Below are positions 37,117 to 49,331 of a stretch of 64,000 nt of DNA, in pieces. The DNA is from Raja brachyura. Lineage: Eukaryota. The notes beneath the pieces were generated by a model. The model was given only the letters and a program-made list of their open reading frames with translations, was not told where the DNA came from and did not search any database. Position numbers and translations under genes: made by a program. Location of the stretch: positions 11,036,001 to 11,100,000 of the forward strand of contig OY740799.1 in the NCBI GenBank assembly GCA_963514005.1. The letters are read 5' to 3'. Each line of letters starts with the position of its first letter. Within the stretch, counting starts at the first letter, position 1.

Positions 37117-40100
37117 CTGAAAGCAACAAGGCAATGAAAATTAGCAAATGCTTCAATCGTATTTAAATCAGGAATCCGAAAATCAAATTCCAACCATCTC
37201 ATTCACGTTATCTTAATAATCATCAAATTCTACAATGAGGAAGTGGCCATTCAGCATCATAACTGTCCAGCCCTTTAGGGAGCTTTCCACTTGCTCACTC
37301 CTTCTACTCTTTCTCGTATCCGTGCAAATGTTTCTTCTTCAAATATTATTACTCCCATTTGAAAATTTGAACAAAAGTTCCCTTATATCCTAATTTTCTT
37401 TGACCTTCTAAACTATTTACTCATCTAAACTATTTCCAAACCTACATCTCGTTTCTTTTTTTTATGACCCAATTAAGGATGTGCCTGGTTCCTTCCGAAA
37501 AGCGTAATCTTTACCAGCTAATCTTAGTACAATGCTAATGGTGATTCAGCCACAGTCTTGAGTTAGAATGCACTCTCAATCCTTGCTCCTTTCCTGCCAC
37601 TCCATCACACTGAAACAAAAACATATGGACATGTCTGGAGCAGCAATGTTCCTTGCGTGGTAGAGGGTCCCATGGAGGCTGGGAAAGAAAAAAAAGACTG
37701 ACTCAGCGGGTCAGTCAGCATCCCTGGAGAACATGGATAGTCGGGACCCTTCTTCAGTTTAATTAGTCTGAATTGATCAATCAGATTAATCAAACTTGCA
37801 GGTCGGTACACTTCTTCAGACTAATCAGTTTGACCAAAGGGTCTTATCCCAAAACGTCACCTATCCATGTTATCCAGGAATGCTGCCTGACCCGCTGCAT
37901 TACTCCAGCTTTTTGTGTCTTTCCCTGGTAAACTAGCATCTGCCGTGCCTTGTTTCTATATTTTCACATTTACATAATGTGTCTCATACTCACCAACGCC
38001 AACACAATTGCACACAAACCAATCCTTGTGAGCATTTATCAAATAAACTGCTTATTCACTCACATCTACCAGCTACTTACTAGAGCTTCTGGAGAGTTTT
38101 GTTGCATTTCAGGTACTGAGTCATGTTCTCTGTGCCTTCACCTGTGATCCCATTGTCATACAGGCGAAGGATTTTGAGACTTCTGTTTCTTGCCAGAGCT
38201 TTCCAAAGAATCTGAGCTCCCGCCGAACGTAAAGAGTTTGTGCCACTCCTGAAAACGGAACCAAATGGCAAATGTCAGGGATGAGAAGCTCTATAGAAAC
38301 TTGGAGAATTTTACAAGAGGATCTATGTGATGAAAATTCTTACGATAATGTCTCAATCCTGCACTTTGGGTCTTCAAGGACGGCACTTAAATTCTTTGCT
38401 GACTTCGGAGTCAGTTTGTTGGAGCTTACCCTGGAAACACAAAACGTTGAAATCAATTAGAGACCCGAGTGCCTGGGGACAGAACACAAGCCTCACAAAC
38501 TGCTGCCTGCAAATTAACAGTTGCGCCCCTGCCAGGAGAGCAGAGTCTAACCTTGGTCTAACGCGTGTGTCTGTGCAAAGATTTTTGAACAATAGTGCAA
38601 ATGGGGCTTAAAATGACCAGATAATTACATAGTTTAAGAGATCCTGTGCTTCTGCTTGAGCAGTTTCTAATACACAAAATCAATTCAACCTCGTTTATAA
38701 TAATCAATGTTTGGATATTTGGATACACAAGAGACAGCAAAAGCTGGAACCTGGAGCAAAAACAAACTGGCGGAGGAACTCAGCGGGACAAGCAGCATCG
38801 GTGTAGGCAGACAGACAGTCGATGTTTGCAGTCGAGGATTGAGAGCAGAAAGGGGATATGGCCAGGACAGAAGTGAGTGGGAGACCGAGAGGCAGGATCT
38901 GGCAAATGATAGGTAGAAACAAGGAACTGATTTACACAAAAGAACACAAAATGCTGTAGTAACTCAGCGGGTCAGGCAGCATCTCTGGAGAACGTAACAG
39001 GTGATATTTCTTCTTCAAACTGATGATCAGTCTGTAGTGAGGTCCCGACCTGAAACGTCAGTGATCCGTGTTCTCCAGAGATGCTGCCTGACCCGCTGAG
39101 TTGCCCCAGCACTTTGTGTCCTTAAGTAATAGGTGGATCCAGATGAGGAGTGCTGAGATGAACCTGAAGCTGAGGAGGTGATAATGGATACAAAGGACTG
39201 TAGATTATGGAATCAGGTAAGAAATGATAATGGTGAGTGGAATCACATTAGGGTGGGATGGTGGGCAAAAGCTGGGCAGTGGAGGGAATTGGGAAATCAA
39301 GTGGGTGTAATGTGCAAGTGATACACTGATGGAATCATTTGGGAAGGGGTAGGGTGATTACAGAAACTGAGAGTAAGAGGGGTTGGGTTTGAAAAGAAGG
39401 GGCATGTGAGACAACCTAGGTGTATCAGGAGACAACAAATAGACAGAGGGGTTACGTGAATTTGATGTTCATACCATTAGGTTGTAGACCACCCAGGTGA
39501 GATAGGAGATGCTGTTCCTCTAGATTCATGAAAACCTGTCCATTGACACTGCTGTGCTGGAAATGGGGTGGGGCAAGATTTACAGAAAGAACAAACCCCC
39601 AACAGGTATATTTGCAGGTAAAGCAAACCGTCCCCAAGTCTTTTTATCGTGATCAATGCAAGTGTGCTCATAAGAGCAACAACTAGAATGAATGCATAGA
39701 ATTAAATCTCTGCCCTTGTGGTTATTACAATGCAGCTCTGTGACTCATTGCCGCTCTGTGGCTCTACATGGCAACATTGGAGGAGGGTAGGGTTATGATA
39801 GAACAATGTAGGTAAGAGATGATTGCACAAATTGTTTCCATTCTAGCCTTGAAGAGTAGCATCTCCATTTGCATATATTTCATTACAACTTTCAGGCACA
39901 AATATTAGCTGGGATAGAATAAATCAGGACATGCAGGGCATAAAATGTGACAAAGGAAAGTATAAAACATGCCGACAAACATTGAGCATGCAAGAAGGTA
40001 GATTAGCTCAACTGGCACTTAATATTCTTTTGAATGTCATTACTCACAAAAGAGTTCTGCACTTGACTAGAATTTCTTGGAGCTGCTTTATTCCTTTATC

Positions 40101-43100
40101 ACCAATGTTACAGTGCCTCAAATCCATCTCCTCCACAGTGGAATGATTGAGACAGTAGCACAAAGCACGCAGATCGAGGGGGCTCAGAAAAAAGTTGTGA
40201 AAATCCACATGTCGGATGCAAGGAGATACTTCAGCCGTTACAGTGGCATCATTCAGTTCAAAGAGACAATGCATCAAATTCAGCAATTCTGCCTTCTTAA
40301 CGTCTCGCTGAAGGCTGTTTTTGAACCATGTTGTGAGAGCTCTGGCTGTAGAAGGGGGGAGAGGAGCTCTATAGTTCCACAACTTGCCATCTCTTCCTGC
40401 GGTTAGGAAGCCAGTGAGAAACCTCAGAAAATTGTACAGTTTCTCTGTGTGATCAGGTTGAAAAGATTGCAAATAAAATTGGCTCATTTGATTTAGTGGC
40501 CTTTTCCCAAAGCACCACAGATCCAGACACTTGACCAACTCTTCAGCTTCATGGTTGAGTAAAGTAGCACAATACAAAGCTGCAAATTGTTCCTTCAGCA
40601 CTGCATGGTGGAACGCAAAGACCCCTTGGCATTTACAGTCCAGCACAAGATTTGAGAGATATTTTGAAAGGATGTCTGGGTCTATTTCATAGGTCTTCAG
40701 ATCAGTCACATTTATTTCAAGTTTCCCTGATAGCAGAGAGTTGAAGGATAGTTCTCCCAGTTTCAGGATGGTGTCTTTAAACAATTCCTTCTCCTCTTCA
40801 CTCTTATTCTCAGCGTCTGTTTCTTTACACGTGCTGCAGTTAAACAGACTGTACAGCAACAATGTAAAAACTTTGCTATTTGTCACTGGTTCATTTGCAG
40901 GCACTTGTTGAGAGCTGGTACACTTGTCCAAAATATTGCACAGAATGAAGCTGTTGAGGGGATTGGAAGCCAGACATTTGATGGTCGCATTCTCTGTAAT
41001 GCGTTGAAACATTTCTTCTGCCTTTTGCTTCTCTCCACAAAACACCTCACAATATCTTTTCAGCTGATCATTGGTAAAGCCAGATATAACAAAAAGCTGA
41101 TCAAAGTAGTTCTTGCTGAATTCTATCTGATTGGTATTCCATCGGGAGGTAACCAACACCTGGGCTTCTCGAAGGAGGTTCTTGGATATTAGTTTGGAAA
41201 CAAGAACACCTACTTCTGCCTCACTATCCAGGTTGAAATCAGAGCCAGATGGATTCCATTGCAACTGATGGGCAAATTCATCAAGCCCGTCCAAAATGAT
41301 CAACACATCTTGAGGGTTCAAGAGGAGTTCCGTTAGGACTGATGACAAAGGTGTGCAATGCTTCTTGAGCAGATCCCGGAGAGATGTCTTTCCTTTAACC
41401 TCATTCAAGTCACGGAATCTGAGAACCAAGACACTCCTCAAGGTGTGGGTTGGTTGAGATGCCCACTCTTGCTCCATGCTGACAACAGTCCAACTTTTCC
41501 CTACTCCTGCATCACCTACCAGCAGGACTCGCTTTGAGAAATTTCCTTCCTGAAGCAAAGACAGCAGTTGTGAAATTTGTACTTCTTGTGCAACATTTGA
41601 GTCATCACTCCTGATAAGATCACCGTCTGGGTCTTGTTCCTTCGGGTTGGTAATATTGATGGTTCTGGCAAGCGAATAGTTTGCGAATCGCTGTTGTGTT
41701 AATGAACAACATAAATGCATTTTATCTTTCAAGATGTACCCTTTATAGTTCTGAATGGCATCTGAAGAAAAAAATACATTTCTCACAATTAGTAAGTATT
41801 TTATTATCATGGATTAACAAAATGTGAGAACTGTGAGCATCAGATATCCATCAAGTGCAGATCCCCTTTAAGAATTCCCACATCGCTTCACGTTTAATTT
41901 GTCAGAGTTATGCAGCACAGAAACAGCCCCTTCAGCCCACCTTGTCCATGCCAATCATCAAGTAACCATCCATACTATTCCATTTGCCAACTGTTGGTCA
42001 GTATGCCCTGCTGATACAAGTATTAAAATCTTGCAGATTTTCCATTCGTCATCTACACCAGCTTTTGGTTGGCACTTTGTTACAAAGTTCAAAATATCCA
42101 TATTATGAAAATATTTCACATAACAAAATCTGATGCAGTTTGAAAGTGAACCTGGGATTCCCGGGAGCGTGGGGATCCTCCAGAATGACGATCCTCCTGC
42201 CAGATAATACTCAATGGCTAGATTATGGTCTCCAGCATGCAACTCCATTGTAGAATGGATCCATGATTAGGGAGACCACTTCTACTATTGTGGGCAGAAA
42301 CTACTGCATGCTGGAGCATAACTTAAGAAAATCTCAATGGAGGTTGGTTCTTTACCTTTTATATTGTCTGCCAGTAAATGAATATCTGGAAAAATAAATA
42401 GAATAAACCACATGTTAGAGTGTGTTCCTCTCAAAGAATGTCATATACACTGTGGCTCAAAGCGCCTAGAAATCCTTTCCCATTGGAGTGTTCTGAACAC
42501 ATTCTCGAATAGGTATTCAGTTTGTGTGATTATTGGACAAAATCTTAAACATTTTACTCACTCTCTTCATTATCTGGTTTCTTCTTGTTTTTCATTTTCC
42601 AAAACAAAATTCCAACTGCAATTAAAACAGGCAGCACTGCAAGTAGGAGTACAAGCTTGTGCCTTTCCGAAGCTGGATCGGTGCCACTGGGTGTATTATT
42701 CTCCGATGTATCTATGATGTTCAGAACACAAAAGTGCAAATGGTTAGTGTTCAATTAAGAATTGGGCTAAAACACGCTTTCAAATCAAGGTTTACTATAA
42801 TGTCATTAATTTTATAATTAACATTTGGGAGCAGGATTGATAAAATCTGATTGACCCTTTTATTGCAAGTATAAGTCTTCTATTTTGAATACAACTTTTT
42901 AGAAGCAACAAGTGCTAACACGATACAAACCTGTCACAAATGACTATGACCACAATCCCCAGATCAACAGTGCTGCTATGTGCGTTCACATGGGCTAAGC
43001 TATGCCGGGCTTTTTGTGGGATATAGGGAGCTGTCACTGTTTTGGGGGCAACTCTGGCACATCCCTCAACTCTTCTTCTGGTACATCGACGATTCTATCA

Positions 43101-45983
43101 GTGCTGCTTCGTGCACTCAGGCACAACTCAAATGCCTTCCTTTTTGCTTCCAATTTCCAGCATCTGACTCTCCCCTTCTCCTTCTGGATCTCTGTTATCA
43201 GTTCAGGGGATTGGTGAGCGACAAACTGACATTACAGGCTGAAGAGAAAGATCTCGATCCGAAACATCACCTATTCCTTTTCTCCAGAGAACCCACTCAG
43301 TTGCTCCAGCTTTTTGTCTATCTTCGGTTTAAACCAGCATCTTCAGTTCCTTCCTACACAACAAGAGTTCCCTTGATCTTTCCTTCTACCCAGTTGCCTC
43401 TCTGTTCAATGGATCATCTTTGCAAATTCCAACAGCTCCAATAAGACTTGACCACCAAACATATATTTTCCTCTGCATAGGAAAGAACTGCAGATGCTGG
43501 TTTAAATGGAAGATAGACGTAAAATGCTGGAGTAACTCAGCAGGACATGCAGCATCTCTGGAGAGAAGGAATGTGTGACGTTTCGGGTCGAGACCCTTTT
43601 TCAGACCGATTTCCTCTCCTCCCTTTTCAGCATTTTGAAGGAATCACTCTGTTTGAGTGCAGGCAGAGGGCAGTTATTTTAACTGACATTGTTGGCGTGG
43701 ACATTACGGGCCGAATGACTGCGAGAGTTGGAACGTCATGTTGGAGCTGTACTAAACACTGCTTACACTGCATTTGGAACACTGAGTGCAGTTCTAGTTG
43801 GCACGTTACAGAAAGTGTTATTGTAAAAGCATTCACATGATATTCAGCTGCATGTCGCCCAAAATAGTGGAATGTAATTATAATGAGAAATTGGAAAGGC
43901 TGGATTTTCACTCACTGGAATGCCAGATGACAGGGTACTCTGTCTCTACCAGTTTAAATGGGATATCAATGGGATATAGTCAGAGTCTTTTTCCACAGGG
44001 AGCCAGAACTAGAGGCACAGATTTCATGGGGACGCAAGTTGTGACAGACGCTGGAATCTGGGTCAAAATACAAGAGAAACTCGACATCTACGGAGGGAAA
44101 TGGACAGATAAGATTGCGGGTCGAGACTAAGCCCAAGTTCAGGGTGAGACTTTTAAAAGAGATCTGATGCAAAAGTTTTCACACTGGACGATAATACCTG
44201 GGATGAGCTTCCAGAGGAGGTAGTAGAGCAGGGGTGGGCAACCTTGTTCTGCATCGGTGCTGGGACGCATGTCTGTGAGCGGATGGCGGGCCACATCTAT
44301 CACGTGTTCACATGGATCCCACCCCCATCCCATCCCGGATGGCAAGCATCAGATCACGTGTTCACAGAAGTTAGACAAAATGCTGGCGAAACTCAGCGGG
44401 TGAGGCAGCCTCATGCAATCCTACATGTCTCACCTGCTGAGTTTCTCCAGCATTTTTATCTCCCTTTGATTTTTCCAGCAGCTGCAGTTCTTTTTTAAAC
44501 GTGTTCACAGAATGTGCGCGGCCGTGCCGGCGGCTTTGCGCAGGATGCGGTACAGCCAGAGCTGAGCCGCTCTTGGCACTCGGAGGGCCGGATGATTTCA
44601 GGTTAGGAGCCACATTCGGCCCGGGGGCTGTAGGTTGCCGACCCCTGTTGTAGAGGGTGATACTATGACATTGTTCGATAGACATTTGGAAAGGTACGTG
44701 GATGGGAAAGACACAGAATGATACTGGTCTAATGCATTCAAATGGGATTGGCAGAGACTGGCATTGGCATGAGATGGCCAAAAGATTCCCTTTCTGTGCT
44801 TTACAATTCTGTGAAATTTACACAACAAAACATCGATCAATCTGTCACAAGATGCACTCACCATTTAATTTTAGTTCCACCACGTTCTCTGTGAATGGCA
44901 TTCCATCATCCACAGTTACAAAGCAAGTGTAGTTTCCCACATCCGATAACAACATTCTTTCCAATTTCAGGCTCGCATTCCCTTTGGAGAATTCCGATTG
45001 AAATAGTTGAGTGCGGCCCAGGAATGCTGTGTCGTGATGCTCCGGATGGGCTGATCCAGAATAGAAACTGTAAACCACGGCGAGACTGTCTGTCCGCTGC
45101 CATGTGATGATGAGATTGTTCAGATTGAAGTTGGATGAAGCATGGAAGGTGCAGGGCAGCCAGATGTCTTTATTCAACATCCCATAGGATCGAGAGAAAG
45201 ACCCTTCAGCTGGGAAATACAGGAAATGAAAACGCATGCGTTAACTTGCACATAAAGTTGGAGTCATCTACCTCCAAACTTCCTGTGCTCCAACCGAATA
45301 TCACTCAGTTCAGTTTAGTTTATTGGCACGTGCACTGAGGTACAGTGAAAACCTTTTGTTGCATGCTATCCAGTCAGTAGAAAGACAATACATGAGAACA
45401 ATTGAACCATACAATGTACAGTTTATTTACAGTGTATTATAGTACAGTACAAGGGAATAACGTTTAGTGCAAGGTAAAGCCAGCAAAGTACGAACAAGGA
45501 AAGTCTGAAGGTCACCAAAGAGGTAGATAGTAGTTCAGCACTGCTCTCTGGCTGTGGTACGCTATAGCTTCCAGCATGCCACAAATCCAATCCACTGACA
45601 TGTTTCCACATCTACTGACTCTATCACACTTTACAAGATATTACTTTAGTTACAAAATGAAATGAACGGATAAAAGGAATGTTAGAATTGAAATTAAGGT
45701 AAAAGCAGGAGAATAATGTCACCGCAATAGGCAAATAAGCAATGAAAGAAAAATTGTGTGAGAATCTTTGTTATATTGTTGAGCAAAGGGTTTACTCTTC
45801 AATCTTAAATTAGGCAATGAATAAAACAGGAAACGTAATTCCTCTAAGATCAGATTCATAACTTGTGAGAAGCAGCCAGCGAGTGGATGACAAATGTACA
45901 CAATCTCCCCATTGGGATGAACACTCACCCAAGCTAGGGAACAGCAGCAATGACAACAGCATCTTTTCCAATGTACACTCCAT
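36732..45983 (-). CDS. Predicted type I transmembrane NLR: signal peptide - IgV (B7-like) - TM - NACHT - LRR, 978 aa, 8 coding exons
   Basis: Exons: 45983-45929, 45209-44862, 42711-42562, 42385-42356, 41761-40048, 38430-38344, 38248-38081, 37116-36732. All introns are GT-AG and phases match (1,1,1,1,2,2,2). The total is 2937 nt = 978 aa + stop, with no internal stop. Confidence 0.8.
38081..38248 (-). CDS. 168-nt LRR exon (two RI-type repeats)
   Basis: SGTNSLRSAGAQILWKALARNRSLKILRLYDNGITGEGTENMTQYLKCNKTLQKL; phase 2-2, ttttcag / gtaagt. Confidence 0.9.
38344..38430 (-). CDS. 87-nt LRR exon
   Basis: VSSNKLTPKSAKNLSAVLEDPKCRIETL; phase 2-2, tttccag / gtaaga. Not in the ORF track. Confidence 0.85.
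40048..41761 (-). CDS. NACHT-HD1-WH-HD2 exon with first LRRs (NLR family)
   Basis: Walker A GDAGVGKS, Walker B LIILDGLDE, sensor-1 VLVTSR, NPL motif, WH motif FAFHHAVLKEQFAALY and HD2 motif LLNLMHCLFEL. Acceptor ttttcttcag; phase-2 donor TT|gtgagt. Confidence 0.95.
42356..42385 (-). CDS. 30-nt juxtamembrane micro-exon (NIHLLADNIK)
   Basis: Acceptor tatttatttttccag, donor AAG|gtaaag. Phase 1-1, so it keeps frame between the TM and NACHT exons. Confidence 0.65.
42562..42711 (-). CDS. Stalk plus transmembrane exon
   Basis: 150-nt phase 1-1 exon. Hydrophobic LVLLLAVLPVLIAVGILFW is followed by a basic stop-transfer segment KMKNKKK. Acceptor catcatag, donor gtgagt. Confidence 0.85.
44229..44647. 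mobile_element. hAT (Charlie-like) MITE with nested Penelope insertion
   Basis: TIRs CAGGGGTGGGCAACCT / AGGTTGCCGACCCCTG; 8-bp TSD tagtagag / ttgtagag. Confidence 0.85.
44862..45209 (-). CDS. Ig V-set domain exon, B7/butyrophilin-like
   Basis: 348-nt phase 1-1 exon. It carries canonical IgV motifs WLPCTF, IITWQR, GRTQLF and GNASLKL...DVGNYTC. Acceptor ttcccag, donor gtgagt. Confidence 0.9.
45929..45983 (-). CDS. Signal-peptide exon of Ig-TM-NLR gene
   Basis: Acceptor tcttcaag|GCA ATG, peptide MECTLEKMLLSLLLFPSL, phase-1 donor G|gtgagt. Splicing gives ...FPSLAEG, a plausible A-x-G cleavage site. Confidence 0.8.
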
Positions 45984-46309
45984 TGCCTTGAAGATTAAAA
46001 ATAGAACAGGTTAGTTTTTTGAGCATCTTCTCCAAATCTTCAGGAACAGTGCCTCGGGAGCGATGGATAACAAACCAAGTTGATGCAAAATGTCATCACA
46101 GACGCCTGCCTTCATCAGAAGACGGCTCTGAGAAATAATAAACGGTTCACATCCTCCAGAGTCACAGGGTGGACTTTTATTCTCAGAGGGCACTGCTGTC
46201 GACACGGCTGGGCTAACACTGGACCCTTGACCTGTGGATTATAATTCTAAAACCGATGATCTCATGTGCTTCAGTGTATGCCAATATTCAATGACTTGCA
46301 TGAGTCAAC

Positions 46310-47355
46310 ACCACATGGTAGGCTGCTCTGGAAGGTTATATCACATGGGATCCAAGGAGAGATAGTTGAATGGATAGAAAACTAGCTTCTTGGAAGGAGC
46401 AGAGGGTGATGGTGGAAGGTTGCTTCTTGGACTGGAGATCTGTGTCTCAGGGTTCAGGTAGTGTGCCTCAGGGTTCGGTGCTGGACCCATTACTATTTGG
46501 TATCTATTTCAATAATTTGCATGAGTATGTACATGGCAAGATTAACAAATTTGCAGATGATACAAAAGTGGGTGGTATTGCCGATAGTGAAGATGGATGT
46601 CAATAATTGCAGCAGGTGGGCTCATGGTGGGTTGATGGAATTTAATACAGAAATTTTTCAGTTGTCGCATTTTGGAAAGTCTAATATAGGTAAGACCTAC
46701 ACGGTGAATGGTCAGGCTCTGTGAATTGTTGTATAGAGCAGCGGGATATATAAGTGCAGGTACATCATTCCTTGAAAATGGCATCAAGATGGTGAAAAAG
46801 GCTTTTGACACATTGGCCTTCATCAGTCAGAGTATTGAGTATAGAACCTGGTAGGGCATATTGCAATTATCAGAGATAAGATATCAGTGAGACCACATTT
46901 AGAGCATTGCATTCAGTCCTGGACACCATGTTATAGAAAACATGTTTAGTTGGAAAGGGTGCAGAGAAGATTTACAAGGAAGTTGCCAGGACTCGAGAAT
47001 CTGAGATGTTGGGAGAGATTGAGCAGTCTTGGACACTATTACCTGGAGAGCAGGACGATGAGGAGTGATCTTATAGAGGTGTATACAATCATGAGAGGAA
47101 TACACCAGGTGGACACACAGAGTTTCTAGCCCAGGGTGGGGGAAATCGAGAATCAAAGGGCATAGTTTTAAGGTGAAGGGGAAAAGATATTATAAGAATC
47201 TGAGGGATAACATTTTCAGGCAAAGGGTGCTGGGTGTATGCAACAAGCAGCTGGAGGAGATAGTAGAGGCAGGGATTATTCCAACGTTTAAGGATCAATT
47301 AGATTGGTATGTGGATAGGACTGGTTTAGAGGAATGTGGGCCAAACAAACGCAAG
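46310..47355 (+). mobile_element. Degenerate CR1 LINE fragment
   Basis: VPQGSVLDPLLF...KFADDTKVGG plus downstream CR1 C-terminal pieces. Confidence 0.85.
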
Positions 47356-47698
47356 CAAGTATTGTATTGTATTGAATTTATTGTCATTATCTCATAAGAG
47401 ACAAGAAAATGGATTTTCCTTACAGTCATGTAACATAAAAATAAATAATAAATAAATGAATAATAAATACAAAGAACAAACACAGAAGTCCACGACAGAT
47501 CACAACTCCACAGCGGCACCAAAGTTAGGGAAGGTACCATGGTCCAGCCAGCCTCCCCTCCGATCTTCCCAGCTGTTCAACCGCGGTCGTGGCTTCCCGA
47601 GCACCCGCAGCCGCCGCCACGGGCGGCCCGATGCTCAGGTCCTCCCGCCGGGAACGATGGAACCCCGACGAAGGAGTTAGACAAATCTTGATAGGACA

Positions 47699-47793
47699 GT
47701 CTGAAGAAGGGTCTCGACCCGAAACGTCGCCTATCACCTTCACTCCTTAGATGCTGCTGCACCCGCTGAGTTTCTCCAGCTTTTTGTGTAACC
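47699..47793 (+). mobile_element. Penelope-derived short insertion with hammerhead core
   Basis: Same repeat, flanked by a perfect 12-bp duplication cttgataggaca (47687-47698 and 47794-47805). Confidence 0.7.
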
Positions 47794-48260
47794 CTTGATA
47801 GGACATGTTGGGACAAGGGTAGGTTGGGCCCATTTGCACACCATATGACTATAATTCTGGTGTATTGGAGTAACTCAGTGGGTCAGGGGGCATTGGTGAC
47901 ATTTCAGGTTGGGATCCTTCTTCAGACTAACCAGTTATCCATGTTCTCCAGAGATGCGCTCAATCTGTTAAATTACTCCATAAGGTCATGTGATAAGAGC
48001 AGAATTAGTCCATTCTGCTATCAAGTCTACTCCACCATTCAATCATGGCTGATCTATTTCTCCCTCCGAACCTCAATCTCCTGCCTTCTCCCCGTCTCCC
48101 TTGACACCAGTACTAATAAAGTGTTTATCTTTGTGTCAAGATCATTAATGCAAGATCATTCTTTTTCTTTTTTTGTAAACAAGTATCTGCAGTTGCTAGT
48201 GTTTCAACGACTTCATCTTGAAACACAAGGACACGGAGGCTTCATTTGCACACTGCCGCT

Positions 48261-48505
48261 CAAAGATCCCACAGCAAGATAGACCACTCCTGCTAAATGC
48301 AATGGGCTGACGTGTAGTACGCAACGGAACGGAACGTGGGCCTTTTTTTTTCATCCATTTCCGTAACCCGATCCGACCCGACTCGCAGTGTAATCAACGT
48401 TGCCGGGGAACAGTTTGTGTTAATAAATTAAAATTCAGAAAATGAGGAGAAGATTTTGACCAAATAACTTTTATTTTTACGAGGATGTTCGCAATAGGAT
48501 CTTTG
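48261..48505. mobile_element. hAT-type MITE
   Basis: TIRs CAAAGATCC / GGATCTTTG with a perfect 8-bp TSD ctgccgct. Confidence 0.8.
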
Positions 48506-49218
48506 CTGCCGCTCAGAGTGGAGGGGAGGGAGGTGGTTGGTATCCTATTGGTCCCGTCCACTAGCTCCACCTCTTGGCAATTGTATCACCCTTCCGAGAA
48601 ATATAAGTAGTGTTCTGGTAAACAACACGTCTGAAGAAGGGTCTCGACCCGAAACGTCGCCTATCTCCTTCGCTCCTTAGATGCTGCTGCACCCGCTGAG
48701 TTTCTCCAGCTTTTTGTGTAACTCTTGATCTGAAGAAGTGTCTCGACCCCAAAAGTCACCCATTCCTTCTCCCCAGAGATGCTACCTGTCCCGCTGAGTT
48801 ACCCCTGCATTTTGTGTCACACCTCACTCACTGAACTCCAGGCTGGTCCGCGGTGGGATCCTTTGCGTTCTATTTTATTTTTAGTTTAGTCAGGATCGAA
48901 TTTGTTTAATTTCATTGCGACTCTTCTTCACTTCCCTGCGCCCTTCTTAGCCCCCCCCCCCCCCCCGTCCCGCTCCCCGCCATCGCCCCCCTCTCCCTCC
49001 CCCACCGCCCACCTCCTTTACGTCCACGTCCCTCTCTTGCTTTACCCCCCCCCCCCCTCCCAGCTACTCAAAACCCCATGCTCGGCTTCTCCCCCCCCCC
49101 CCCCCCCCATGCCAACCCTCCTCGCCCTTGAACTTGAAACGTTCGGGCCGCGAATGTGAAGGTGAAACCAACAGCGAACAATCGGCGTTAAAGCGAGATG
49201 GTACAAACACAAACTCAC

Positions 49219-49300
49219 AAAGTATTTCGATCGCATTTATCCTCGCCCTTTGGGTTGTCCGGAGCCTGGAACCGTCTTATTAAATCATCTCGACCACATC
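49219..49300 (-). other. Candidate non-coding first exon of the Ig-TM-NLR gene
   Basis: CpG-containing segment just downstream of the ISRE cluster, ending at donor |gtgagt (49218). The signal-peptide exon has an acceptor 3 nt before its ATG, which suggests an upstream UTR exon. The 5' end is approximate. Confidence 0.45.
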
Positions 49301-49331
49301 GTTCTTTCGCAGCAGGCGGCTGTGCGGAGAC

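Noticed and set aside
39452-39690. Possible extra LRR exon between the NACHT and 87-nt exons
   Set aside because: Translates as a degenerate Penelope ORF end rather than an LRR, and the flanking exons already join in phase.
40077-41192. Plus-strand ORFs overlapping the NACHT exon, and antisense ORFs over CR1/Tc1
   Set aside because: Shadow frames of real coding sequence on the opposite strand.
44862-45209. Naming the IgV exon CD276, HHLA2 or VTCN1
   Set aside because: Only family-level B7-like motifs are visible and the architecture differs from all of them, so no symbol is supportable.
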